A program made the position numbers and the translations under genes. A DNA stretch of 64,000 bases from Octopus vulgaris (taxonomy: Eukaryota). Shown here one piece after another: positions 24,605 to 37,590 of this stretch (its first letter is position 1; each line of letters begins with the position of its first letter). The DNA is taken from the NCBI GenBank assembly GCA_951406725.2, contig OX597823.1, positions 99,448,001-99,512,000 on the forward strand, read 5' to 3'. The notes beneath the pieces were generated by a model. That model did not search any database, had not been told where the DNA came from, and worked only from the letters and a program-made list of their open reading frames with translations.

Positions 24605-24952
24605 GTAGCCAGTACCGCATCGACTGGCCTCCGTGCTGTGGGCACATAACAAACACTATCCGATCGTGGCCGTTCGCCAGCCTCGTCTGGCACCTGTGTC
24701 GGTGGCACATAAGAAAACACCATCCGAGCGTGGCCGTCTGCCAGCCTCGTCTGGCACCTGTGTCGATGGCACATAAAATCACCCACTACACTCTCGGAGT
24801 GGTTGGCGTTAGGAAGGGCATCCAGCTGTAGAAACACTGCCAGATCTGACTGGCCTGGTGCAGCCTTCGGGCTTGCCAGACCCCAGTTGAACCGTCCAAC
24901 CCATGCTAGCATGGAAAGCGGACGTTAAACGGTGATGATGATGATGATGATG
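24605..24952 (+). mobile_element. 3'-UTR-only copy of the young RTE family
   Basis: Near-identical reverse complement of 20683-21098 with one fewer 63-bp unit. It has a (TGA)n tail and follows (TA)n. Confidence 0.93.
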
Positions 24953-25004
24953 TATGTATGTATTCAAATACGAATTAGAAGTAATGTTGTAAACGTTATT
25001 GGGG

Positions 25005-25320
25005 ACACACACATGCACAACTTTGCTTGTTTGCTGGTCAGCTGCAATTTGATGCAGAGGAGATGATTGTCTCAAAGAGCTAGGTGTTAAAACACCTGAA
25101 AGTCAGAGTCATAGGTGAGACAACTCAGCCTCAAGTCCCAATCAAGAGCGATTGACATTGATGCTTCACCATTTTTGTGGCTTATCAATGTCACATTGTC
25201 TCACCTGTCTAAGATTATGACTTTCGGGTATTTTAACACCTGGCACTTTGAAACAATCATCCCCTTCTTGTCAAATTGATGCCAACTGGAGAATAAGCAA
25301 AGCACATGTGTATGTGTGTT
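25005..25320. mobile_element. Fold-back/MITE-like element
   Basis: Arms ..tttgcttg..atgattgtctcaaag..aggtgttaaaa..gaaagtca..aggtgagacaa and ttgtctcacct..tgactttc..ttttaacacct..ctttgaaacaatcat..aagcaaa, plus an inner hairpin tgacattgat/atcaatgtca. Confidence 0.8.
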
Positions 25321-25399
25321 TGATAATATCTGTGTATGTGTATGTGTGTATGTGTATATGTGTGTGTGTATATGTTTGTGTGTGTATATGTGTGTGTGT

Positions 25400-25592
25400 G
25401 TTCATGTTTGTGTTTATGTCTCCATAACTTAGTGGTTCAACAAAAGAGACTGGTAGAATGAGGACCAGGTTTAAAAAAAGGAAATAAGTACTGGGGTCAC
25501 TTCCTTTGAGTATACTCTTTTGAGGCAGTGCTGCCCCAGCATGGCCACAGCCTAATGATTGAAAAGAAGTAAAACATAGAAGATAAAAGATA
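25400..25592 (+). mobile_element. SINE tail type A
   Basis: tttatgtctccataacttagtggttc..ccccagcatggccacag..aagtaaaa..agataaaaga, as at 11075-11232. Confidence 0.75.
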
Positions 25593-27284
25593 AGGCATTT
25601 AGTCTGGCACCTTACCGTTTCTGCTCTTCACTTCTGTTATTTAAAATATCCGATGGACCAAAAAATATCCATGTCAAGTGATTTATACAAGCATGGAAGG
25701 GGGATGTTAAAAAAAACACCGAGAAATCAATCAATATTAACATTAATTAAGATATATCATTTGTGCAAAGAAGTAGTGATTTGGGTCTGGAATCCAGTAA
25801 ATTTCTTCTTTGCATGCCCTGGAGAATAATTCTTGTTGTTCATTGTCTTGTTTATTGTACACTTGGTAATTGTCTTTTAATTTTTTTAATTTTTTACTAA
25901 TTAAGAAAATGGGGGAAAATCAAGTGATGAATGGTATTTTTCTATTTTGATGGAAATTTATTTAAAAGTAGAATGTAAAATATAAAATGATTTTTTTTCC
26001 TCCAAAATGGATCATTTTTATTCCCAATTTTGGGAACAAAATAAACTTACCATAAGTTTTAAGGTAGTTTTTGGCAAAAGAAATTCTTGAAAGGTGGGTA
26101 AATGTGACCAAATTATCATTGATAAATGGTCCTAAATTGAATATATGACTGTGAGTGATAGTCAAGAACTGCTGTTGATCTGATTGCCAGCAACTTTTTC
26201 TTTTACCAAAAGTCATGATTTTGTGTCCATGTTAGAAATAATTATGATTATTTTCAATGCTTGAAAGAGAATTTTATTTTACTTTATGAAAAATATACCA
26301 ACTGTACTTGATTCTTTTTTTACAAATGAATAATTTTGATGGATATTGTTATATATTATGTAAGTATGAAATCTTGTAAGCATGATGTGGCCAAATGATT
26401 CAGAAGTTCACTTCACAGCCATAAAGTCTCAGCTTTGATCCCACTGTGTTCCATCTTGGGCCATCTTGGATCATCTTAGGCAATTGTAATTTTTTTATAG
26501 CCTTAGGTCGTTCCATACCTTGGAAAGGGAAACTGCATTGGTAGATATTGCATAGAAGCCCATTAAATGGACATTAAATGAACCTGTAATTTTAAAGGAT
26601 GGCCTTATCCCTATCTCTCTTGTATACTGATTGTACTTGGGAATTACATTAAGGATACATGTCTTCTGTGGAATACTCAGTAATCCACATATTTATTCAA
26701 GAGCAAGTTAATTGGATGATCAAACAACAGAATCTTCATTGTTGAATGAAGGAGAACCCTCCATCCTGGTATGAACCCTTACCTATATTGAATTAGATGG
26801 AATGTTTACATCTTTACCAAGTAACTCATAAAATATAGATGAGGTGTACATGAAATGTTGGTGCAGGTGTCGTTTGTAATGGTACCTGTAATTAGAACTG
26901 CTCATTTTTCTGCATGTTTGAAAGAGGCCAACCTAATAATGTCTTTCTAAGAAACTGAATCTAATCATCAAGTTGTTTTGAATTTAGTATTCAATCAGTT
27001 AACTGGTACCCCAAATTCCCCTCAGGTGTGATAATCAGATTGGTGTAGGGTTAGGGTTAAGGTTCTGTTTAATTAGTTAATATGAAAAGATGAGTTGGCA
27101 GTAGTAAGTGCTTTTAGACTGGAGTTTGTGTTGCTTCATTTGAATTGTAGTAGAAAAAACAAGAGTGGGGAGTTTGGGAAAACACTTGCTGTAATGGCTT
27201 GGGATGACAGCAACTGCATAAGTGATTGGCAAAGGAGAGAAGTATTGACAGAGGGAAGATTCAATCAACAATTTTATAATATCA

Positions 27285-28585
27285 AGAGGATTGGCTGAAA
27301 AGTTCATAGGCTGACCAAGACACTCTCATGGAATATGACTAAACGAGGTTTATTTTTCAACATAGTCCCCTTTGCAGTCCACACACTTCTTCATTGGTCT
27401 TGAAGCGCTTGGATTCCATTGGTGAAGAAGCTGCTTTCATCCTGTTCATCAAAAAAGTCATCAACATCAGATGTGACATCGTCATCACTGTGATTTTGGT
27501 TCCCAACCAAGTGTTTTTCATGTTGAGGAACAGATGATAGTCAGATGGAACCTAATCAGGAGAATAGAGAGGCTGATCAACCAGTTCGAAGCCACAGTCA
27601 TGCACAGCAGCCATTGAAACCAAGGGCTTGCATACTGGAATGTTGTTCTAAGGAATCAAGACCCCTTTTGTCAGTTTCCCTGGGCTTTTGGTTTTGATAG
27701 TTTTTCATAACTGCTTCAGCAAGTTGGTTTAGTACTCTCCATTGATGGTGTGGCCCTTTTGAAGAGAGTCAATGAACACAATGCTTTTTGCATCCCAAAA
27801 ACTGAGGCCATCGCCTTCCCTGCAGATGAAACTACCTTGGCCTTCTTTAGAGCAGGTGAAGAGGGTTATTTCCATTGCATACATTATCCTTTTGTCTCTG
27901 GCTCAAAGTAATAAACCCAACACTCATCCTGGCTTAGGAAATGTTCAAGGATCCCAGCTGGATCTGCCAGAAACAATGTTAGATTTTCCCATGATGTTAT
28001 CAGCCTAGGACACTTTTGATTAGGTGTCAAAGATGTGGCATCTACCAAGCAGAAACCTTCGTCATGCCAAATTCCTTGTGCAGAATATTCTCAACTTTCT
28101 CTTGGGACATGCTAATAACATTGATTATTTGATTTATAGCCAATCGCCTGTTATCCATCACCACGTTGTGAACACAATCAACGTTTTCCTCAGGAGTAGC
28201 AATTACAGGACGTCCAGACCCTGGGTCATCTTCAAGACTCTCCCTTCCCCTCCAACATTCAGGTACCCACTTTTGCATTGTTGATAAACCTGGAGCATCA
28301 TTCCCTAATGTAGCAACCATGTCAGAATGAATGTCCTTGGGGGCTAAACCCCTTTTTCTGTAGGTACTTGATAGCACCATGATGCCAGATTTTGTCCATT
28401 TTCAAGAGAAGTCGCTACTTGTTACTTTTGAAGTGTTCTTGAAAGAACAGTCAGGTGTCAGTTTACCTGGAAAGAAGCAATGCAGTTATTAATAAGAAGA
28501 GTTGAAGTCAATGCCTGCAGGATTTCCCAACTCTGGCCTCCACTCCTGCATAGAGTTATCCTATGAACTTTTCAGCCCAACTCCG
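27285..28585 (-). mobile_element. Full-length decayed mariner element
   Basis: TIRs GAGGATTGGCTGAAAAGTTCATAGG and CCTATGAACTTTTCAGCCCAACTCCG-TA, about 1.3 kb apart. The ORF piece reads GRESLEDDPGSGRP..ILHKEFGMTKVSAW and the element ends KCVDCKGDYVEK. Confidence 0.92.
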
Positions 28586-30634
28586 TAGAAGGGACCAGGC
28601 CGACTGAGGTCAGTTGGGTGCATTAAAAGCTTTATTTATTTATTAGTCATATAATTATTGTTTTTTCTTATCAGGCAAACAATTTCAGTTGAATGAAGTC
28701 TGCAATATGAATCTGGTGTATTTTCTGTTTGATAAATGTGAGCAATGTTTTAGTAAATTTGGGGAAAAGATAATTATCTAAGTTTGAAGAATACAAGTTT
28801 AAAAGAGAATTGATTAGTTAAGCTATCGTTCTGCTTATTTTGGTTAATGTTATCAAGAAATAGTTCTTAGCAATTTTACTTTACGTGATTTTGTGCTCTA
28901 GGGCAAGGCATTCTACCATAAAAGTTTTGCTTTACTGGTTCATGCAGGATATCAAAATTTGTTAACTTATCAAACCTTATTGTAATGCTAAACATTTGCA
29001 AAAGCAACTGAAATCCTAATATTCAGGAATCTGTCTGTCTGTCTTTTTCTCTCATTTGGAGTAAATTTAAATATATTCAGCAATGCATTCCAGATTATGT
29101 TTTCAAAGACACACCTCAGGTTGTCTATATAGAATTTTTAGTTAAATTCTTTGTGTTTTTAAGTTGGGTGTATAATTTAGCTTTTAAAATATTTATTACC
29201 AAAATGTTAGATGCTTTTTTTTTCTTTTAAACAACTATTATACTTTAAAAGAGACAAGGATATATTTCATCTGAAATTCTAATTGAATTCTTTTATTAAA
29301 AAACATACATCATCCAGATAAAATTTGAATATTTAAAGGGCTTTAGGGAACAGATAAGACTATTTCCATAGTCTTCTATAGTGTGTGTGTGTGTGTGCAC
29401 GTGTGTGTATGCTTACATTTAGATTTAAAATGTTTGTCTTTGTATTTTTCTGAGTTTATGATGGTTTATTTATGTTGAAGGCGAGACAACTCAACTAGGG
29501 AAATAAACTTGTAACTGTACACTTCCATATTTTTTTTGTTGTTACTCTTTTTCATGTTCTTGTTGATTGTTTTCCATTGAAAGTAACAAAAAAGAAAGAA
29601 AAGAAAGCTTTCTGAAATGATCTTATTCTATTCTGGTGTCAGAATTAGTAAAGGTTTGTTTGTTTTTTGTTTTTTTTTTATATTTTCTTTTCCATCTTTA
29701 TTAAAATCATCCAACTATTTTTTCTGGTGACGCCTCAACTACAGCTTCTCCAATTTCAAGAAAACATTCTTTGAACGATGTCATGCTTTTTTTTTTCTGT
29801 AGAAATTTGTCAAATAAGCTAATCTTTGATAAGTAACTTACACCCATTTGCACTTCCTGGCAATGAAGAAAATTTTTTCTGAAAGACTACAAATAAATAA
29901 CCTTCCTTTGTTTCAATACTTTTTGTGCTTATGAAGTTGTCACAAAAGTTCAAACTCCTGCAATCTACATTTGTTTTTTTTTTGTTTTTTTTAATAATTG
30001 TTCTTTGATTTCTCATATATTATTATTAAAACACATTTACATTTTTTCCCCTAATTTAAAAAAAAATCTCGTGTCCATGAAGTCAATTCAGTTACAGTAC
30101 AATGGTACCAACCAACAAGCCATTAGCACCAACTGTAACAATAAAAACAATACAGTGTAAGACCGTACTGTCTGTATCAATCATAAATTCAAACTATAAT
30201 AAAATAAGGATTGTTTTTCATTTCCCTTAACAATGACTTGCCGTATCATTTCCAAAGGACTGAAAACAACTTGACTGATAACATTCAGACCTGAGCTGTT
30301 TGTTTCAGTTTGATTCTTTGAACTGTTGAACTTACAACCAGAAGAAAACAGTAAGGATTTCACAACATGAATGATGATTTTTCAATTTAATCAAATAGAA
30401 TTAAAATTCAAAATGTAGGATGGGAGTGGACTGAATACCCATTGGAGAACAGAAAAGAAAAGAAAAATACTTACTAAACTCTAGTTATCTCTTAAAAACA
30501 AGTATGGCATGGTTGCATGAACTATGCTTTCACTAATTGTTTAAGGTGGTGCCTACGTCATTGAGAACAGACACGGACGTCATTGTGGCCTTTCTCACTC
30601 AGAAGCCAGTAGAACACTGAGTATGTGACAGCTA

Positions 30635-30692
30635 GAGATAGATAGAAATAGATAGATAGATAGATGTGGAGAGAGAGAGAGATAGATAGATT

Positions 30693-30750
<58 letters not shown>

Positions 30751-30753
30751 GAA

Positions 30754-30829
<76 letters not shown>

Positions 30830-30868
30830 AGACAGACAGATAGATAGAGAGAGAGTGAGAGAGAGAGA
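30635..30868. repeat. Compound (GATA)n(TA)n(GA)n microsatellite
   Basis: Directly visible. Confidence 0.95.
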
Positions 30869-31329
30869 TGCACCAGCACCCAGCTGGTATTCATTTTCAA
30901 CTGAGTTACTTGGAACAATGCAAAATAAAGTGCCTTGCTTAAGAACAGAACATACTGTCTCATCCAGGAATTGAACCCATAATCTTATGATTGTGAGCCA
31001 AACACCTTAACCACTACACTGTGCATTTTCAAATTTAGTGGACCATAGATAAGTCATACACAACAAAGCTTTCAAATAACATTTTAGAGAAACATTAATT
31101 TCATCAAAGTTATTTGTTTTATAATAATAATAATGTGAGAAATGAAAAGAAAGCCTGACATAATCTTGCAGTTATTTCTGTTTAGTTTAACATCAAATCA
31201 GCTGTTTAAATTTTTATGTTGCTCGTTTATCATTATCAATTTTGCAAATACTTATTCTGTCAAAATTAACATATTTCCTTCAGTTGGCCTCATGTTTTAA
31301 CTGATGTCTTCTCAAATTATACTGCAGGA

Positions 31330-31720
31330 TTCCAGAACCAAGCTTTAGGGAAGATCTTCACTATTAAATGCATAGCAAAATTTCAGCTCATTTTTCCTTA
31401 CCTGTCATATATGGTGGTCTTGGAGTCAGGGTTAAAGTATTTGTTTCTTCAACCACATCTTTCTTGTCTGTTTATGCTAAACACATTTCAACCATTAACG
31501 TCTTTCCTGTAGAAACGTCGATCCTATGTGGTCAAGAAAACTTAACAGCAATGAAGCTTTCCCTACATGACTCACATCACAGAAAACCCTTTTGCAAATC
31601 TAAATTTATCAACCTCCTCTCAATTACTTCTGAGCTGGACAGATTCAGGTTCCTTACTATCTTGTTACAGGTGAATAGGATTCTGATCCCTTCTCTTGGA
31701 TCCTCAACCCTGATTCCCCT
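31330..31720 (+). mobile_element. Decayed CRE-like non-LTR retrotransposon fragment
   Basis: HFSLPVIYGGLGVR...SFLS and ELDRFRFLT resemble the QAxLPxxxGGLGxR..AFLAS and DRARLL motifs that follow the RT in CRE-clade elements. Confidence 0.55.
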
Positions 31721-34137
31721 TTGTGCTACTTTTATACATGATTCTCTTTACTCTTTTGGTTCCTTTTTATAAGCCATTTTTAAATGTAATTGTATTTTAC
31801 AATACCTGCACCTAATTTGATCTAAATTTCAAACCAACAGGCTAAAAAAGAACTTTAAAGATATCAGAATAGATTCTATACTTCGTATAAAACATTGAAA
31901 AAGTTTCATTTTGTCATTTTTAAAAACTTTAGAAGAAAAATTACCACAAGTTTGAAGAAATTTAATTAGACTATGTGTAATAATTACCATGAGATCATTT
32001 TGATTGATTAGTAATCACTATGAAGATCTTTTCCATCCTTCTTCCCAGCTGTTTCTACTGCCAAAGAGAAGAGTTTGGCCAAATCAAGGTGGTTATTTCC
32101 CATGTCATGCCTGGTTTGATCAGATTTTCATTCATATTTCGATGATTGTTGGAAGAGATTTGTTCACTTAAACAGCCAATATTCATTGCATTGTACACTT
32201 TGTGACCATTTTCAACTGTGTACAATCAATCATTGGGGAAGATCATAGAAAAGCGATGATCTACTGCCTTAATTGCTTAATCTAATAAATACTTTCACTT
32301 TCTGCAGCAGTTGCTTACTTCTGTTTCTTAGTGAAATCAATAGATTCGGTTCTTGTTGCATTGTCTTTAAAACCAGTTTGTGTTGTTAATCAAAATAATC
32401 TGGAGATTGGCACATTATTCCAGTAGACTTACCAAAGTCATGATGAACAGAGGGAACAGTAATAAATTAAAAATTACAAGTAGTATTTTGGCATGATTGT
32501 ACACTTGTGACTGAGCGTTGGCCATCCACCAACCTTGTTGGAATGCTGTGTCCACAGAAACCTCTGTTTGAACGTGTTTTATAGCAGGTGAGGGAGATGG
32601 AAGCTGTTCTTGATACTTTGACTACATTTGACATTTAACATCTGCAAGCACAAGGTACATTGTGAAATAATTGTCTTCACTGTTTTGGTCATAAGTCTTC
32701 CAGAAATTTCACCCATGCTACCGTTGATCTAACTTATGGTTTCAGTTGGCACCAATACTATGGTGGGGAACTGAAGCTATAGCAGTAGATCACCAAAGCA
32801 GATCTTGCATTGGTTAGCGGTCCAAATGTTTGTAGACTTGGCAAAGCAGGAGGCCAGCGACAGACAACAGAATGTGATAGATATTTGAGATTCATGTGCT
32901 ATTAGGGGAGACAGCTATTAGGGGTAGCCTGCAAAATGAATGTTAAAGCAATACTGTATAATGATTGTTAAGTAAAGATGTTAACGACTTTCATTAACAA
33001 CTTACTTAACAGTCATTATATGACAATTAAGTCAGCAACAGTAATTTAAAAGTATAGAAACCAGATGAAACCTTGGAAAGGTGACAGGAGAAAAACTGCA
33101 TCAATTTAGTTTGTTTCAGCATATTTTCTAGTGTTGCTATTTCAGTATTTCTATTAATTGCTGTAAATTATGTAATTAATTCTGACAGCCAAGGGAGATA
33201 AATATGTTCACTTAAAAGAAATTGATGTTAACAGATGAGGAAGTGATAGTAAGAAGGGGTGGGTCATAGTGCTAGTATAGAACTAAAACACAATTTCATT
33301 TTTATATATCTTAGTTTCTAATCATAAAAGTATTAAAGTACCTTTATGAAAATGCTAAAAGTAAAATTTGGATTTGCACTGCATTTCCTTAAAAAGGTTA
33401 TTAACATTCTTAACATTCTTCAAAATTGAAATTCCGAAAGCAAGCTGGCTATTACACAGAAATCCTCTGTGCAAAGAACTTGGTTGGATTTTCATTGCAA
33501 AATCAATCTGGAGGAATTTATTGAACATGGTTAAAGCCAAGGTGTTATCATGTAGGCCAATAGTTGTATGCAAGATATTTGTCACCTGTGCCAGTGACAC
33601 ATGAAAGGCACCCTTTACACTCTTGAAGTGGTTGGCTTTAGGAAGAGCATCCAGCTCACCAGCTTACTGGTTCCAGCCAAACTGTCTAACCCATACCAGC
33701 ATGGAAGGCAAATGCTAAATGATGACGATGATGATGATGATGATGATGTGGAGAAAAACAAATGTGATGTAATGTTTCATGTAGGAATAAATTAGCATTT
33801 CAAACGTTCCGAATGCAACAACTAAATCTGCAGTTCAAATCCCAGGACTGCCAATTACACTGACACTGTCTAGATAACAGTGTCGTAGATGATGGCTTTG
33901 AAATGAATCAAGGCTTGGGTAGTTTCCTCATTTTTATTTGTTTATTTAATTTCCAGGATTTTTACTTGCAATATCTTTATTGAATGATACACACACAAAA
34001 AAAAATGTTACTTTATGAAGTTTAGCTGTTGTTGCATGAAAGTTCTGGAAAGACTTCAGAGATGTTATTCATTTAGGGGCTTCAATGATTGACTTGTAGC
34101 CATGTTGGGACACTCCAATCAAGGGAACAGTATTTGC

Positions 34138-34533
34138 ATCATCATCATCATCATCATCATCATCGTTTAACGTTTGTTTTCCATGCTAGCATGGGTTGGA
34201 TGGTTTGACTGGGGTCTGGGAAGCCAGGAGGCTGTACCAGGCACCAGTCTGAACTGTCAGTGTTTCTACAGCTGGATGCCCTTCCTAACGCCAACCACTC
34301 CGTGAGTGTAGTGGGTGCTTTTTACTTGCCACCGGCACAGGTGCCAAGCAAGGCTGGCAACGGCCACGATCGGTTGGTGCTTTTTACATGCCACAGGCAA
34401 GGAAGCCAGTTGAGGTGGCGCTGGCAACGGCCATGTTCGGATAGATCTTTTTACATGCCACTGGCACTGTTACCACAACTACAATTTCCATTGATTTTTT
34501 GATCGATTTCGATTTCACTTACCTCAACAGGTC
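34138..34533 (-). mobile_element. Older RTE 3'-UTR copy
   Basis: Homologous to 20683-21232, with more divergence and fewer tandem units. Confidence 0.88.
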
Positions 34534-36206
34534 ATCGAATTTGGTATTTGCCTGCTAATTGTTTTATTGACTTTAAATGTTGATTTGATCCGGGTTCAGA
34601 CCTTAGAAAGGGATATAAACTCAGACTTTAGAAAGGGATATAAAAGGATATATATTTTGTTATCCATCACTAGAATGGTGACATGGTTAGATCCTAAATC
34701 TTGGTCTTTGGCAACACTTATGCAACAGTTTTCCTTTAGAATTATGGCCAAATAAAGCTTCTCTATAAGATTTGTTAGTTCAGGTAAATGTGGCTAATAT
34801 GATCATAAAGTTACATAAGTCAGAAAGAAATTAGGTAAATATAACTTGATAAAAATACAAAACATAAAAAAGAAAAATAGCCAGAGCTTATAAGAAAGTA
34901 ACTGGGATCAATGATTTCACTGATTTCTGTTTCAACAAAGAAATATCAAGATGATAGTTGTATAGAACGGTAATCGAGTATAAACATTGAAAGAAAATTA
35001 TCATGGTCGAGTGATTACCAGAAATATGAACTATGGATGACAGAGATAGTAATGACTGCAAATAATCAAGCTAAAGATTAAATGTAAAGTATAATATTTT
35101 TCATGATGTTTAAGTTTAAAAAGCTTCATCAAAAAATAATGATTAATGCTGTAGGTAATTTTTATTATAATATAGTAAGTATCTCTTTTATATAATTTTA
35201 TTTTGGTAGATTTTTCTGAAGAAGAAAATCAATTTGACATATTTTTCTGTTTTTGAAAGGAGGTTGTGTGTGCATTTTCATTAATTTTATTTTTCTAGAG
35301 TTATACAAATAAAATATTTTTTGTCTCTTTCTTGTCTGTAAAGTTTTCCTTTTTCTTATATTTGATTATTTTTCAATGACAAATTGTAGTACAAGTGCTT
35401 TTAAGAAAATGATATGAGGAATATGAAGTATTCCTATAAACACAAATGGAAGATGACTTAGCATAGTGTCACAGAGAATGCAGCAAATTTTAACTATATT
35501 ATTTCTCTTTCTGACAAATCAACAGTATCAATAGAGTGAATTCCAATGTGACACAAGTAATAATTCAGCACATTGAGCTTGTGGCTCTAACCACCAAATA
35601 CAATAGCTCAGAGATGGTCAGATTCTTGGGCATGGCTGGATCCTTTGTGTTTAAGAAAAGTGATGAAGCATCTAACAAACTTGTGTCATCTGTGGCTAAA
35701 AGAAGGAAATGTTCTTAGAGGTCAACAGAAATATTCTCAGTTGCCAGGATGGTCTGGATTGTCTGGTCGGTCCAGGACATCACCAAAAATAACTGTGGCA
35801 AGTTGCTGAGGGCCATCACTGTGCAACTTAATGTGGTAGAGTTCACATGTAGTGTATGAAGACATTAGGTAAGACATCAAGTAAAAGTTATACATGGTGA
35901 GAAGAGATCAGCTTCTTCCTGTCAAGACTTAAGAGAACTGTGTGATCAAGTGACCTCCTTGCTCTCCTCGTTTGAATCCCTAGGAAGCTGTGCCTGAGAT
36001 ATTGTCAGATAGGAGTGACTCTATAGTGACTTTACAGTGCCATGGACTCACAGAGTAGAGGCTGCCATTGTAGATGTGGTGGCTGACATGGATAGACGAG
36101 TCAACTGATCCTGGCATGAAGTAACTTTATTGGCTGCATTGGCACCATCATTAGAGCCTGAAGGCAATTTTGTTGAATGCTGTTTCTTTGAAGTATCTAT
36201 TTGAAT

Positions 36207-36359
36207 ATACTCTTACTCTTTTACTCTTTTACTTGTTTCAGTCATTTGACTGCGGCCATGCTGGAGCACCGCCTTTAGTCGGGCAAATCGACCCCGGGAC
36301 TTATTCTTTGTAAGCCTAGTACTTATTCTATCGGTCTCTCTTTTGCCGAACCGCTAAGT
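36207..36359 (-). mobile_element. Young SINE tail type A, 5'-truncated
   Basis: (tactctt)n tail and CpG-retaining gactgcggccatgctggagcaccgcc..ttgccgaaccgctaagt. Confidence 0.85.
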
Positions 36360-37139
36360 GTAGCATTTACTTGAGAATGCATTATTATTTGTGTTAATGT
36401 GTTTGTTTTACTTCGTGTTTTGTCTTGTTCTTCGCTGTCTGGCACCCAAGACACATTTCATGAATAATCACAAGAGCAGTTGTTATCTGTATTATGTTCA
36501 GTAAATGAATCAAGAAGCAAACAATATATGTATGTGTAGGTGTGTATGGTGATATTTGTGTGTGTGTGTGTGTTTAAATATGAGTGCACAGTGATATATG
36601 TCAGAATCAGTGTCATCATTCTCCTCTTTATGTTTCTCCATGATTGCATGAGTTGGCCATGTTTCCTTCAGCATCTCTACAGTTGTTAGGGTCATCCTCT
36701 CCTCTGTGAGCTCAGCATTCTGAGATCAGCTTTTGGCATTTCTGCCTCTATCTTCCTCGGTTTTCTTCTTTCACAAATTCCTTTACTTGAATCACTTGGC
36801 CCTTCTTTAACCCAATTCTCTTCCTTTATAAACTTCATGTTTTTCTCTCACTTCATTTCTGCTCTGACTTTTATCTACACTAATAATATGGTGACAAGTA
36901 AAAGAGTAAAAGAGTAAGAGTATATTCAAATAGATACTTCAAAGAAACACCGTTTCCAATTTGATTTGGCTTGGTTTCTACAGCTGGATGCCCTTCCTAA
37001 TGCCTACTACTCTGAGTGTGTAATTGGTGCTTTTTACATGCCACTGGTATTGGCGCCAGTTGTGATAATTAACAACATATGGTGACTACACTGATCCAAG
37101 TCAAATTTTCATCGAAAAATATAAACAAAACAAAAAAAA

Positions 37140-37590
37140 AAAATTAATTTACACAATTCAAGCACAAGACTGTTTCATCTCTGTGGCTTTTGCAAAAATC
37201 TGACATTTTTAACACCTAATTTCCTTCTTTTTCTTTTTTTCCTGAAGGATAATTCCTGCAAAATCCTTGTGAGTTTTTACTTTTTCTCTTTTGGATTCTG
37301 TAATTATTTCTTCAGGTTCTTCCTCACCAAGAAGTTTTTCAGCCAGCATTTTAAGAAATTCACATCTAGACAAAGAAGTTTTTTTTTTTTTTGAATTGTG
37401 ATGCTTTTCAATATATAACAAAAAACACTGCATTCTGCTGTATGAATCCGGTTGAAAACCTGTTGGCCATCTTCTTGTGGCTCATTTCACCAAACAGTAT
37501 CTAATCAGCTGGTCAAGTGTATCAACTCTTCCTTTTATAGTATTGTAGTCCATAATTATTTTATTCCAGGTGGTTTGGAGCATGTTAAAT
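37140..37590 (-). mobile_element. piggyBac-like transposase C-terminal remnant
   Basis: IMDYNTIKGRVDTLDQLIRY..ATRRWP matches the piggyBac YNxxKGGVDxxDQ..RRWP motif. It is followed by SRCEFLKMLAEKL and a decayed Cys-rich end. Confidence 0.8.

Noticed and set aside
27046-27064. TTAGGG-like repeats
   Set aside because: Only about three imperfect units, too short to call interstitial telomere.
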